A DNA stretch of 64,000 nucleotides, taken from assembly GCA_964016885.1 (NCBI GenBank), contig OZ024741.1, positions 315,518,001-315,582,000 of the forward strand. Direction: 5' to 3'. Numbering within the stretch: the first letter of the stretch is position 1; each line of letters begins with the position of its first letter. A program made the position numbers and the translations under genes. Shown here in pieces: positions 11,101 to 22,009 of this stretch. The notes beneath the pieces were generated by a model that searched no databases, was not told the DNA's origin, and worked only from the letters and a program-made list of their open reading frames with translations. This DNA comes from Eledone cirrhosa (lineage: Eukaryota).

Positions 11101-13313
11101 TTCCAATCCATCATCGACATCCAACAGTTGTTCATTTGGCGGTGCACCTTGAAAATGGACAGCGCGTATACTTCACAACTGAAAATGTACGTGCAAGGGC
11201 ACTGACACCACCGCCAACAACGTTAACTGCGTTTTTCTCATTGTGCAGCGAAGATGTGTTTGCAAAGACACTACTTTATTCTGAAGTGCCAACATATTAC
11301 ACATGGAATACACCAACGAAAAGGTTTAAACGTCGCAAACAGGGTAAAGTAGTTGAAGGACATCCCAATTTATATTCGACCGACGCGTTAGGCCGTTTGT
11401 GCACTGTTCACCCAAATAATGCAGAATGCTTTTATTTGCGATTGTTGTTAATTAACATACGTGGACCGACATCATTCCAAGAATTGAGAACAGTAAACGG
11501 TCAAGTATGTGCCACTTATCGTGAAGCTTGCCAAGAATTAAATCTTCTTGAAAATGATGGACATTGGGACACTTCACTCGCTGATGCATCGAATACTGCT
11601 CGACCAAAGCAAATACGCACATTATTCTCAATAATATTGACAACGTGCTTCCCATCAAATCCAAAAGATCTTTGGGAAAAATATAAAGACTACATGAGTG
11701 AAGACATCCTACATCGTTTGCGTGCAACAAATCAAAATATGAATATTCAATTCACACCAAATGTGTATAATGAAGCATTGGTTTCCATTGAGATCATATG
11801 TTTAGCAATCGCTAACAAAACATTGGTACAATTGGGAATGCCTGCGCCGAATCGATCTGTAAACGACATTTTCGATCGTGATTTGCAACGAGAAACAAAC
11901 TTTGATGTCGCCGAATTGGGTACATTTGTTCAAACGAATCTTCCCAAATTGCTACCAGAACAACGCATAGTATATGACCAAATTATGCAGGCAATTATAA
12001 GTCAAAGCGGCGGATTGTATTTTATAGATGCGCCCGGTGGTACAGGCAAAACTTTTCTCATTTCACTTATTTTGGCAACTATACGATCAGAAAATAATAT
12101 TGCACTGGCAATCGCATCATCTGGAATTGCGGCAACTCTTTTAGATGGTGGCCGAACAGCACATTCAGCCCTGAAATTGCCATTGAATTTGCAAATCGCT
12201 GAGACATCAACATGCAATATTACCAAAAATTCTGGTATAGGTAAAGTACTCCAATCATGTAAAATCATTATATGGGACGAATGTACTATGGCGCACAAAA
12301 AATCATTGGAAGCGCTTAATAATACGCTAAAAGATTTGAAAGGAAATGAACAGCTCTTCGGTGGCACACTCATTTTATTGTCTGGTGATTTTCGACAAAC
12401 TATACCAGTTATACCGCGATCAACACCCGCTGATGAGCTTAATGCATGTCTCAAATCATCAGTTTTATGGCGACACGTACAGAAATTAACTTTAAAAAAC
12501 AATATGCGTGTACAACTACAAAATGACGCATCCGCTGAACGTTTCACAAAACAATTGCTGGATATTGGGAATGGGAAAATGGTAATCGATGATTCCACAA
12601 AATGTATCACATTGCCAACAAACTTCTGTAGAATCACGGCAACCAGAGACGAACTGATTCACAAAGTGTTCCCAAATATTGCGCAGCATTACAAAAATCA
12701 TCAGTGGCTCAGTGTACGTGCTATATTAGCAGCCAAAAACACCGATGTCAATGCCATTAATTTCAGCATTCAAAACGAAATACCAGGCGAAGCGACAACG
12801 TATAAGTCCATCGATACTGTAATGAATCAAGACGAAATTATCAATTATCCAATTGAATTCTTGAATTCACTTGATTTGCCAGGCATGCCACCGCACATTT
12901 TAACATTGAAAATTGGCGTGCCTATCATCCTTCTCCGAAACATCAATCCACCACAACTTTGCAACGGTACCAGACTTTCAGTGAAAAAGACGATGAACAA
13001 TATCATCGAGGCTACAATTTTAAATGGAAAATTTAAAGGAGATGTACTCTTGCCACGCATCCCAATCATTCCAACAGATACGCCATTCGATTTCAAACGT
13101 TTGCAGTTTCCGGTGCGACTCGCCTTTGCAATGACTATCAACAAAGCACAAGGACAATCGCTACAAGTGTGTGGACTAAATTTAGAAAATCCATGCTTCT
13201 CACATGGACAGCTGTATGTGGCTTGCTCACGCGTCGGTAAACCTTCTGATTTATTCGTGTACGCACCAGAAGGAAAAACAAAAAACATTGTGTATCCAAA
13301 AGCACTTCAGTAA
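8175..13313 (+). CDS. Helitron RepHel protein: HUH/Y2 replication initiator plus PIF1-family SF1B helicase
   Basis: Uninterrupted 1712 aa. Zn-like CGYCGALKF..MCCSGGKV; Rep motifs PDLFISFTCNP, EWQKRGLPHAH, KYICKYINK; helicase motifs DAPGGTGKT, IIWDE, GDFRQ, TINKAQGQS, HGQLYVACSRV. Confidence 0.97.
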   Translation: MPPKQRAIGQSTPQATKKYALRASEIYEQRESRLETVRVTTAQARSFETYEQREARLQTVRVRTAQARSSETYEQRKARLQTVRVRTAQARSSETYEQREARLQTVRVRTAQARSSETYEQREARLQTVRVRTAQARSSKTYEQREARLQTVRVRTAQARSSETYEQREARLQTVRVRTAQARSSETYEQREARLQTVRVRTAQARSSETYEQREARLQTVRVRTAQARSSETYEQREARLQTVRVRTAQARSSETYEQREARLQTVRVRTAQARSSETYEQREARLQTVRVRTAQARSSETYEQRKARLETNRLRNALTRRILHDDFNLGAFHYDSNCDYSLHPSVIIGKMDKLCGYCGALKFKNETPGMCCSGGKVKLPELHPPPEPLSTLVSGDTSESKHFLANIRKYNSCFQMTSFGATNIVRENYMPTFKVQGQIYHRAGSLLPLPDADHKFLQIYFMGNTDDQIDQRCKFNRGTKREIVTALQTLFNQHNKLIRLFRAALEQMPNDDYTIVVRADKTPVGQHQRQYNAPTIDEMAIVIVGEEFNSRDIILHRRNGDVQRVSETHRSYDGLQYPILFWQGEDGYHFNIKLRNPETDEETNKKVSAMNYYSYRLMIRENGENHILKYRQLFHQYIVDMYAKIETERLLYIRLNQTKLPSEEYIHLRDAILNDGNMNPNELGKMVILPATFTGSPRHMHEYAQDAMTYVRAYGRPDLFISFTCNPTWDEIKELLLPGQSSSDRHDITARVFKQKLKSLIDFIVKHHVFGETRCWMFSIEWQKRGLPHAHILIWLIEKVTPDQIDQIISAEIPDVNVDPDLFEVITKNMIHGPCGLLNNNSPCMSDGKCTKQYPKDLLADTITGNDGYPLYRRRATEDGGKSITLKVRNNYVEVNNRWIVPYSPLLSKTFKAHINVEYCNSVKAIKYICKYINKGSDMAVFGVCNATTPIDEIDQYQLGRYISSNEAVWRILSFPIHHRHPTVVHLAVHLENGQRVYFTTENVRARALTPPPTTLTAFFSLCSEDVFAKTLLYSEVPTYYTWNTPTKRFKRRKQGKVVEGHPNLYSTDALGRLCTVHPNNAECFYLRLLLINIRGPTSFQELRTVNGQVCATYREACQELNLLENDGHWDTSLADASNTARPKQIRTLFSIILTTCFPSNPKDLWEKYKDYMSEDILHRLRATNQNMNIQFTPNVYNEALVSIEIICLAIANKTLVQLGMPAPNRSVNDIFDRDLQRETNFDVAELGTFVQTNLPKLLPEQRIVYDQIMQAIISQSGGLYFIDAPGGTGKTFLISLILATIRSENNIALAIASSGIAATLLDGGRTAHSALKLPLNLQIAETSTCNITKNSGIGKVLQSCKIIIWDECTMAHKKSLEALNNTLKDLKGNEQLFGGTLILLSGDFRQTIPVIPRSTPADELNACLKSSVLWRHVQKLTLKNNMRVQLQNDASAERFTKQLLDIGNGKMVIDDSTKCITLPTNFCRITATRDELIHKVFPNIAQHYKNHQWLSVRAILAAKNTDVNAINFSIQNEIPGEATTYKSIDTVMNQDEIINYPIEFLNSLDLPGMPPHILTLKIGVPIILLRNINPPQLCNGTRLSVKKTMNNIIEATILNGKFKGDVLLPRIPIIPTDTPFDFKRLQFPVRLAFAMTINKAQGQSLQVCGLNLENPCFSHGQLYVACSRVGKPSDLFVYAPEGKTKNIVYPKALQ
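8241..9110 (+). repeat. In-frame 69-bp (23-aa) tandem array, about 12.5 near-identical copies, in the RepHel N-terminus
   Basis: The YEQR codons (tacgagcaac; one copy tacgaacaac) recur every 69 bp from 8253 to 9081. Peptide unit: ETYEQREARLQTVRVRTAQARSS. Confidence 0.97.
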
Positions 13314-13540
13314 AACAAATTAAATGTTCTTATAACGAATTTTCTTTAAATTCGTCAGTCATTCAGTCATTTAAAGATAAATGTTAAAATCTAAAAAATA
13401 GAAACTAAATTACAGAAGTTTTTAAATAACGATTAAAATGTTAATATTATTCTTTTCTAAATAAGCTTTTTAACAGTGAGCGAAGCCGGGTAGCTCCGCT
13501 AGTATATATATATATAAATATATATGTATGTGTGTATATG

Positions 13541-13605
<65 letters not shown>

Positions 13606-14144
13606 CTGTGTGTGTGTGTGTGCCTGTGTGTGTGTGTGTGCCTGTGTGTGTGTGTGTGCCTGTGTGTGTGTAATTATGTATGTATATATTATATATATAT
13701 ATATATATGTTCATATTCGCAACAACGGAGCACGCCATTTTTCATTCACATATATTTTTTCCCTTCGCTGTGATTCGTATTTTTTCTGTCACCTTACTGC
13801 TATCCTCTTTCTCTCTCCCCCTTCTCTCTCACTTCCTCCCGTCTGACCTGCGTGAAATTCTTTCCTCTCACTTTTCTCCTGGCTCGGACGCGTCTGTTTC
13901 TTCTCGTCATTTGATTTGTCGGACTTAAGCGCACGAGATTCATTGACTTGTCTCTTTTCCTCTCTTTACGTTGCATTACTACCATGTTGTTTATTTATTT
14001 TCCTCTGTTTTCCTCTGTCCAGATAATTTAATTTAGTCATCGCTTGCACTGATTTTAGGTATCTAGTCTTTAATGCGAAGAAATACCAATGATTATCAGC
14101 AGGCTACTGACGATGGACATTCTTGTTTCTCGGTCTATTTATAT

Positions 14145-14227
<83 letters not shown>

Positions 14228-14318
14228 CGAAGGAAATGTGGTAAGGAACCAGGTGGACCATAACGCACCAAAGTACTCAATACTCGAGGTAGTAGAGTGG
14301 GTAATAGGAACCAGTAAG

Positions 14319-14412
14319 ACCCCGACAGCTGAGCTCAAGCCGTTTCGACGGCTAATTCTGGACTAAATGAAAATTTATCCTGGTATTTAAATAGCCGATC
14401 TTCTCAAGGGGT
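14319..14412 (-). ncRNA. Type I hammerhead ribozyme, U3:A8 core variant
   Basis: Reverse complement of the 15223-15316 motif. Confidence 0.75.
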
Positions 14413-15222
14413 AATTCCATATATGGTCAAAGTGATTGTCAAAAATCAGTAGTAATTCTGTGGTTGCAAATTAGCAACAAAAAACTCAACCCCGATGGCA
14501 GAAAAAACCTAATTAGCAGTGGAGAACCGACCAGGAGGTGTAACTGCCCGGATAGATCTATTTGCCCACTCGACAATAGATGCAGAGACCGTAATGTGAT
14601 CTACCAGTGCAACGTGAGGACGGATACCTCCAACAAAGCCTATATAGGACTTACCGCAATAAGGTTTATTGTTATAAAGGTTTATTGTTTATTTCGTGAT
14701 AGTCTCTTTAGTATTTTGGCCCCTTTTGTTGACCCGTCACCGTATCATTTACGTACTTATACCTCTTAAAAGGGTCCTTGCCTAATCCGTCCCACCTAGT
14801 TCTTTTACTTATTTCGTTATTTCTTTATTTATTTATTTCTTTACTTCTTTCTTTCTTTCTTTATTTTATTCTAGCCTAACAATAGCCTGAGACCTAGGTC
14901 GTAGAATTTAATTTATTTTACTTTTTTCTTTACACTTATTTGCTTTTCTTCACTCTCAGTATTTTTTTTTTTTTTTTTTTTTATATATATTTCTACCCCC
15001 CATTGTTCTACCTACCGTTCCGACTTCCTCCCCCTCCCCCTCCCCTGTATCTTCTTTGACCTCATGCCCAGCTGTAGCTGGCACTACCAACGCTTGATTG
15101 GGTCTACTCCACCCCCTCCCCTCTTTCTCCTACTGGCAGGTTTAGCCACCATCTCCCCTACTAATTTGCAACCACAGAATTACTACTGATTTTTGACAAT
15201 CACTTTGACCATATATGGAATT

Positions 15223-15316
15223 ACCCCTTGAGAAGATCGGCTATTTAAATACCAGGATAAATTTTCATTTAGTCCAGAATTAGCCGTCGAAACGGCTTGA
15301 GCTCAGCTGTCGGGGT
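15223..15316 (+). ncRNA. Type I hammerhead ribozyme, U3:A8 core variant
   Basis: Stem I ACCCC/GGGGT; core TTGAGAA; stem II GATCGGCTA/TAGCCGTC with a long loop; GAA; stem III ACGGCT/AGCTGT; GUC cleavage triplet. Confidence 0.8.
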
Positions 15317-15326
15317 CTTACTGGTT

Positions 15327-15396
<70 letters not shown>

Positions 15397-16655
15397 ATAT
15401 ATAAATATATACATATATATATATATACATACATACAAAAATACATACACAATAGTAATATCAATGAGAGTACATTTTACTCATTTAGTAGGTGTATTTT
15501 AGCTCAATGCTATGATTGGATCAAGCAAAGCCAGGATATAGCCATGATATAGTTACAGGATATAATCACTGTCAATTGTTTCTTCCCATAGGAATATACC
15601 ACAGACTGCAAATGATTTATTTAATAATTTGTTATTAGTTAGCATATACCATAGGGGTAATCAGAGTTTAATAAAATCCCAAACGGTTAATTAAATATCA
15701 ATAAAAATCATTCAAGAATAACATATAACATATATCACTTATCAAATTGGATCATAGTTTAAATAATATGGTGCCAGTTGTATTATATATACACGTTATT
15801 TGGAAGAGTGGTAATTTTCCAAAAATAAATTGAATTTTATCATTTTATCAAAGCAATATTCATATTTGTAAGAACAATCCATCGAATCTAATAGGTTAAA
15901 GTTGAAAGATGTCTACTGCAGACCTAACATTGGGGTCGATAAAATAAAAGTACCAGTAATACATAATTGCTGGCCTTGTGCCAAAAAGTAGAAACAATTA
16001 TATCAGGAACCATGAGGTCATGCAGAGTGAATGTGTAGCGAAATCTGGCCACACCTTGACCCCTGGGTGACATTTCACGGTCATTTTGTGGGTTATCTCC
16101 TTTCGGGCGTCAACAAGTTTGAGATTGGATGACCTCGCAAGGTCAGCCCTTTGTTCTCAAGACTTGAGACAGAGGAAGTGACATAGATAAATCGCCTGCT
16201 TTAGATCAACCAGGCAGCAGTTTGGAGCGGTTCTTGATAGAGTAAACATGTAAACTACTCATTTCTACAGACCCCTTGGGGTCTTACAGACTCTTACTTT
16301 CTCTTTCTTTCTTTCACTCAATCACTATCTCTTGGTCTCTCTCTTAACCGAGCCAGTGAAGTTCATGAAGTTTTCTTGGTAAATACAATTTAATTCTACA
16401 AACAAATAACGTCAATAATTCTTGTGTATTTTTCGTATAGCTTCGGTGTGAGCTATTTTCAATAAATTAATAATATAGGGTTTGGTGTCGTCGTAGTTTA
16501 TTCATATATATTCATTTTCTGCGTGATCAAGGAACTATCATATCATCATCATCTTATTGAACACTTACTCACGTACCTGCACACATGCAACCTGTGGCCA
16601 CACTCTATCACACAGCAGTGACCACATGACAAATTAAATCCTCGCTATACATATA

Positions 16656-16692
<37 letters not shown>

Positions 16693-16703
16693 GAACCAGT
16701 AAG

Positions 16704-16797
16704 ACCCCGACAGCTGAGCTCAAGCCGTTTCGACGGCTAATTCTGGACTAAATGAAAATTTATCCTGGTATTTAAATAGCCGATCTTCTCAAGGGGT
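16704..16797 (-). ncRNA. Type I hammerhead ribozyme, U3:A8 variant
   Basis: Same motif as 15223-15316. Confidence 0.75.
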
Positions 16798-18471
16798 AAT
16801 TCCATATATGGTCAAAGTGATTGTCAAAAATCAGTAGTAATTCTGTGGTTGCAAATTAGTAGGGGAGATGGTGGCTAAACCTGCCAGTAGGAGAAAGAGG
16901 GGAGGGGTGGAGTAGACCCAATCAAGCGTTGGTAGTGCCAGCTACAGCTGGGCATGAGGTCAAAGAAGATACAGGGGAGGGGGAGGGGGAGGAAGTCGGA
17001 ACGGTAGGTATAACAATGGGGGGTAGAAATAGGAAAGAAAAAATACTGAGAGTGAAGAAAAGCAATTAAGTGTAAAGAAAAAAGTAAAGTAAATTAAATT
17101 CAACGACCTAGGTGTCAGGCTATTGTTAGGCGAGAATAAAATAAAGAAAGAAAGAAAGAAGTAAATAAATAAATAAATAAGGAAATAAGTAAGAGAACTA
17201 GGTGGGACGGATAAGGCAAGGACCCTTTTAAGAGGTATAAGTACGTAAATGATACGGTGACGGGTCAACAAAAGGGGCCAAAATACTAAAGAGACTACCA
17301 CGAAATAAACAATAAAGGTTTCCATCCCGGGCCAGCAACGACCCAGTGCAGCAAAGTGAACTTGTACGAGATAATAATTCTGAGTCCCGAGAAAAATATA
17401 TACTAATGCTAACTCTAAAAGATCTAAAACAAACTACATGAAAGTTCGTACGAAATAAAGGTAGAATACGGAGAAATAAATTCAGAATCCACCCCGCCCA
17501 GAAGAAAAGCGAAGCAAGAAATACTGAAACGAAAAAATAAGGCATAAGTGCCACTAAGAAATATAGAGGGCACAGAGAATAGTGGGAGCGGTCGGAAAAA
17601 GGGGGAAAGTATCCGGGGTCTAAGCCAACTGCTATAAAGGGCGGAGTCCGCCAAATCTATCAAAGACTAGGGGAGGGGGGGGGGGGGGTACTAAGGCTAC
17701 ATGGGGCCAAAGGGCAGCCTCGGGTGGGCGAGAAAAGACGCCGACAAAGGAGAAGAGCTGGGGTAGAAGGACAAAGGAGAGAGGGGGGAAGGAAATAAAG
17801 GAAGCGATAAAAGAATACAAAGAAGATCTTACGTCTTCCTTGGCAAGCAGGGGTTACCCATTGCAAAATCGGCAACTGGGGTGTTATAGCCCTAGTCTAC
17901 CCCCCCCCCCCCCCGGGTCATTATGGGGTTTGAGGGCGAGGTAAGTCCTACGCAATCTATGTTTACATGCAGTAACCAATTCATCTTTCTTGTTTAGGAG
18001 TTGGTCCGTCGAAAACAGCATTTGTAAGGTTTCCTCCGAGCATAAATTGCACGGACGGCGTCCTCCCGTGTAAGAATTGGCTCTGGACAGTAATCTCCAA
18101 GTGAGATCATAGGTGATGTTGTTGTCCTTGAGGTCCCATATGTGGCCCGAAAGTGTAGTGGCGTGACGCCGGGCCGGGTTTCGAAAGGTATGTCTATGTT
18201 GGTATAGCCGGGTCTTGAAGTCACATGCGGTAAGTCCTATATAGGCTTTGTTGGAGGTATCCGTCCTCACGTTGCACTGGTAGATCACATTACGGTCTCT
18301 GCATCTATTGTCGAGTGGGCAAATAGATCTATCCGGGCAGTTACACCTCCTGGTCGGTTCTCCACTGCTAATTAGGTTTTTTCTGCCATCGGGGTTGAGT
18401 TTTTTGTTGCTAATTTGCAACCACAGAATTACTACTGATTTTTGACAATCACTTTGACCATATATGGAATT

Positions 18472-18565
18472 ACCCCTTGAGAAGATCGGCTATTTAAATA
18501 CCAGGATAAATTTTCATTTAGTCCAGAATTAGCCGTCGAAACGGCTTGAGCTCAGCTGTCGGGGT
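18472..18565 (+). ncRNA. Type I hammerhead ribozyme, U3:A8 variant
   Basis: Same motif as 15223-15316. Confidence 0.75.
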
Positions 18566-18656
18566 CTTACTGGTTCCTATTACCCACTCTACTACCTCAA
18601 GTATTGAGTACTTTGGTGCGTTATGGTCCACCTGGTTCCTTACCACATTTCCTTCG

Positions 18657-18697
<41 letters not shown>

Positions 18698-18700
<3 letters not shown>

Positions 18701-18791
18701 CGAAGGAAATGTGGTAAGGAACCAGGTGGACCATGAGTACAGAATTAGCCGTCGAAACGGTTTGAGCTCAGCCGTCGGGGTCTTACTTGTT

Positions 18792-18795
<4 letters not shown>
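18698..18795. mobile_element. About 100-bp mini-derivative (inverted tail plus HHR 3' half) in (TA)n
   Basis: acgaaggaaatgtggtaaggaaccaggtggacca joined to cagaattagccgtcgaaacgg...ggggtcttacttgttccta. Confidence 0.8.
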
Positions 18796-18833
<38 letters not shown>

Positions 18834-18837
<4 letters not shown>

Positions 18838-21099
18838 AACGAGTAGGACCCCGACGGCTGAGCTCAAGCTTCTTCCGCGACTGGGATTTAAAATAACCCT
18901 ACAAACGTCCCTGACCCGAGTAAACTTCCTGGACGTTACCCTCGACCTCGATAATGACCTGTACTACCCATACAGGAAACCTAACGACAACCTGCACTAC
19001 ATCCACCGCCGATCAAACCATCCTAGGAACATCACCAACAACCTGGTCAAAAACATCTCCCTCCGCATATCCCGTTTGTCTGCTAATGAGCAGATATTCG
19101 AGGAACATGCGCCTTATTACAACCAGGCCCTCAAGCGGAGTGGTTTCCGGGAGGAAATATCCTACTGTCCAGCTCCCATTAGCGGAACCAGCAGGCGACA
19201 CCGCTGCTCACGCAATGTAACATGGTTCAATCCTCCCCACAACGTTGAGGTGACAACTCCTATCGGGAAAATATTCTTTAGGCTCATTGAAAAACACTTC
19301 CCACTACAACACCGCTACCACAACATAATTAACAAAAATACCATCAAACTCTCTTACAGTACTACACCAAACTTTGCACAAAACATCGTCTCCCCCAACA
19401 ACAAAAAACTCAACCCCGATGGAAGAAAAAACCTAAATAGCAGTGGAGAGCCGACCAGGAGGTGCAACTGTCCTGATGGATCCATTTGCCCCCTCGACAA
19501 CAGATGCAGAGATCGTAATGTGATCTACCAGTGCAACGTGAGGACGGACACCTCCAACAAAGCTTATATAGGATTAACCGCTTGTGACTTCAAGACCCGG
19601 CTATACCAACACAGACATTCCTTCCGAAACCCGGCCCGGCGTCATGCCACCACACTTTCGGGCCACATATGGGACCTCACGGATAACAACATTACCTTTG
19701 ATCTCACTTGGAGATTACTGTCCAGAGCCAACTCCTACACGGGAGGATGCAGTCCGTGCAATTTATGCTCGGAGGAAACTTTACAAATGCTGTTTTCAAC
19801 GGACCAACTCCTAAACAAGAAAGATGAACTGGTTACTGCATGTAAACACAGATTGCGTAGGACTTACCTCGCCCTCAAACCCCATAATGACCCGGGGTGG
19901 GGGGGTGGGGGTAGACTAAGGCTATAACACCCCACTTGCCGATTTTGTAATGGGTAACCCCTGCTTGCTAAGGTAGACGTAAGATCTTCTTTTATATCTT
20001 TTTATCGCTTCCTCTATATTTCCTTCTTCCCCCTTTTCCTCCCTAGTCCTTCCACCCCAGTTCTTTTTCTTTGTCGTCGTCTTTTTCTCGCCCACCCGAG
20101 GCAGCCCCTCGGTCCTCTGTAGCCTCAGTACTCCCACCCCTTTTCCGTGCTTTCTATATTTTTTAGTGGCATCTTTGCTTTAATTTCTCGTTTATCAGTT
20201 TATCAGTATTTTTTTGGTGGGGGGGGGGGGGGGGGGGGGGTCGAACTGATTTTCCGTATTTTACTTTTACTTCGTACGAGCTTTTATGTAGCTTGTTTCG
20301 TGGCGGTACCCTTAGAGACAGTATTAGTATTCTTTTTCGGGACTCTGATTTCTTATTTCTTACTAGTTTACTTTTTTGCACTGGGTCATTGCTGGCCTTG
20401 TGCCTGGGGTAGAAACCTTTTTTATTTCATGGTAGTTTCTTTAGTATTTTGGCCCCTCACTTGTAGACCCGTCACCGTTTGATATATGTACTTATACCTC
20501 TTAAATGGTCTCTTTTTAATTCCGTCCCACCTAATATATTTCTTTAGCATAGCAATAGTGAGAGACTGAGGTCGTAGTAACCAGAATTCGTTTATTTTCT
20601 TTTTTACATTTAATCGCTTTTTACTCTCTCAGTTTTTTTTTTCTTTTTTTTTATATATTTACCCCTCATTGTTCTACTTACTGTTTCGACTTCCTCCCCA
20701 TCCTCCTCCCTAGTTTCTTCTTTGACCTCACGCCCAGCTGTAGCCGGCAATATCAACGCATGAATGGGTCTCCTCTTCCCCCTCTCCCTCTTTCTCCTAC
20801 TGGCAGGCTTAGCTACCCCTTCCCCCCACAAATTGCCATCATAGAATTATTATGTTTCAACTACTAACTTTTTGACCAATCCCTGTGACAATCACTTTGA
20901 CCATATATGGAATTACCCCTTGAGAAGTTCGGCTATTCAAATACCAGGATAAATTTTCATTTAGTCCAGAATTAGCCGTCGAAACGGATTGAGCTCAGCC
21001 GTCGGGGTCCTACTCGTTCCTATTACCCACTCTACTACCCTAAGTATTGAGTACTTTGGTGCGTTATGGTCCACCTGGTTCCTTACCACATTTTTTTCG

Positions 21100-21101
<2 letters not shown>
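18834..21101 (+). mobile_element. Hydra-like PLE (RT thumb plus GIY-YIG), 5'-truncated, with a short inverted pLTR end
   Basis: NFLDVTLDL..YRKPND..SNHP, then ORF 19076..19927 with WFNPP, IKLSYS, CNC..CP, VIYQC..YIG, CNLC. The 3' pLTR carries an HHR at 20915-21008. Confidence 0.93.
20915..21008 (+). ncRNA. Type I hammerhead ribozyme, U3:A8 variant (diverged subfamily)
   Basis: ACCCC-TTGAGAA-GTTCGGCTA...TAGCCGTC-GAAACGG..CCGTC-GGGGT. Confidence 0.72.
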
Positions 21102-21189
<88 letters not shown>

Positions 21190-21193
<4 letters not shown>

Positions 21194-21584
21194 ATGTATA
21201 CGTACATACATATATGTATACAGACGTACAGTAGTATGTATATACATACAAGCACACATATATAAATGTACGTATGGGTTTACCGAACATTTAGTATAAT
21301 GTTCGGTTTGTTTGTAAACAAACAGCCCGAATTATTAGCCGTACAGTGTTCGGCAACCATCGTTGCCCTTTTGTTCAACACTGTCAGTGTTGAACAAAAG
21401 GGCAACGATGGTTGCCGAACACTGTACGGCTTAATTCGGGCTGTTTGTTTACAAACAAACCGAACATTATAATAAATGTTCGGTAAACCCATACGTACAT
21501 ATATATATATATGTGTGCATGTATGTATGTATATACATACTACTGTACGTCTGTATACATATATGTATGTACGTATACATACTT
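21190..21584. repeat. Near-perfect palindrome of about 395 bp, centred at about 21384
   Basis: ...gcccttttgttcaacactg-t-cagtgttgaacaaaagggc...; the arms match out to aagtatgtatacgtacatac / gtatgtacgtatacatactt. Confidence 0.95.
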
Positions 21585-21654
21585 ATATTTAAGTATCAGC
21601 CGTACTAAGAGTGAGAAATGAAATTTCAAATTTCACTTTTTCCATTTATATATA

Positions 21655-22000
21655 TATACGTTATTCCGGGTTGAATCGGAGGTAACCACAGTAAGTAAGG
21701 TACTCAATACATAGCAGAGTATAAACGTTTTAATATAGATGAGATTCTACAGGACTAGAACTGTTTCATTCTTTAGAAATCATCAGGAATCTAAGAATGT
21801 AAGAAGAAAATATTACTATCAAAATAAACAAATATTTACGCATTTCAGAGGATAAAGTGGGGTAATCTAATGAGTTGAACCGGTGTTATAGTTACAAAGG
21901 AGACTTTTTATTTTGCCTTATCTAAATCATATTGCTAAGTACATATATTTGAATTAATATATGTTAAACAATTACACTTATCTAAAGGATATTTAATATA
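21655..22000 (-). mobile_element. PLE pLTR/tail fragment with a degenerate HHR (relatives at about 30845-31110 and 39240-39530)
   Basis: Minus strand CTGATGA-tttctaaagaat-GAAAcagttctagtc at about 21753-21792. The same motif occurs at 30872-30910(-) and 39441-39480(+). Confidence 0.6.
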
Positions 22001-22009
22001 TGGCATTTA

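Larger units (their letters stand above)
6803..13502 (+). mobile_element. Helitron, apparently full-length and autonomous
   Basis: 5' A|TCTATATATATATAAATGAATGTATGTTTG at 6803 and 3' GAGCGAAGCCGGGTAGCTCCGCTAG|T at 13502. Inserted between A and T with no TSD; encloses the RepHel ORF. Confidence 0.88.
14227..15330 (+). mobile_element. Hydra-like PLE derivative: inverted pLTR, GIY-YIG fragment, internal deletion, pLTR
   Basis: ORF fragment CNCPDRSICPLDNRC..VIYQC..AYIGLTA. It is the reverse complement of 16691-18660 minus an internal segment, and is flanked by (TA)n. Confidence 0.9.
13503..16277. repeat. Right arm of the large inverted duplication, interrupted by a PLE insertion at 14227-15330
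   Basis: Reverse complement of 2865-4445 with small indels and independent later insertions. Confidence 0.88.
16691..18660 (-). mobile_element. 5'-truncated Hydra-like PLE with an inverted 5' pLTR
   Basis: ORF 17884..18420(-): CxC-x5-CP, VIYQC..YIG, F..R...H, CNLC..E, CKH. HHRs at 16704-16797(-) and 18472-18565(+). (TA)n on both sides. Confidence 0.92.

Noticed and set aside
14095-14140. CTGACGA / GAAACAAGAATGTC words as a hammerhead
   Set aside because: The motifs lie on opposite strands or lack supporting stems, and part is deleted in the mirror arm.
16000-16400. Solo LTR
   Set aside because: No clear TG...CA termini, TSD, PBS or PPT.
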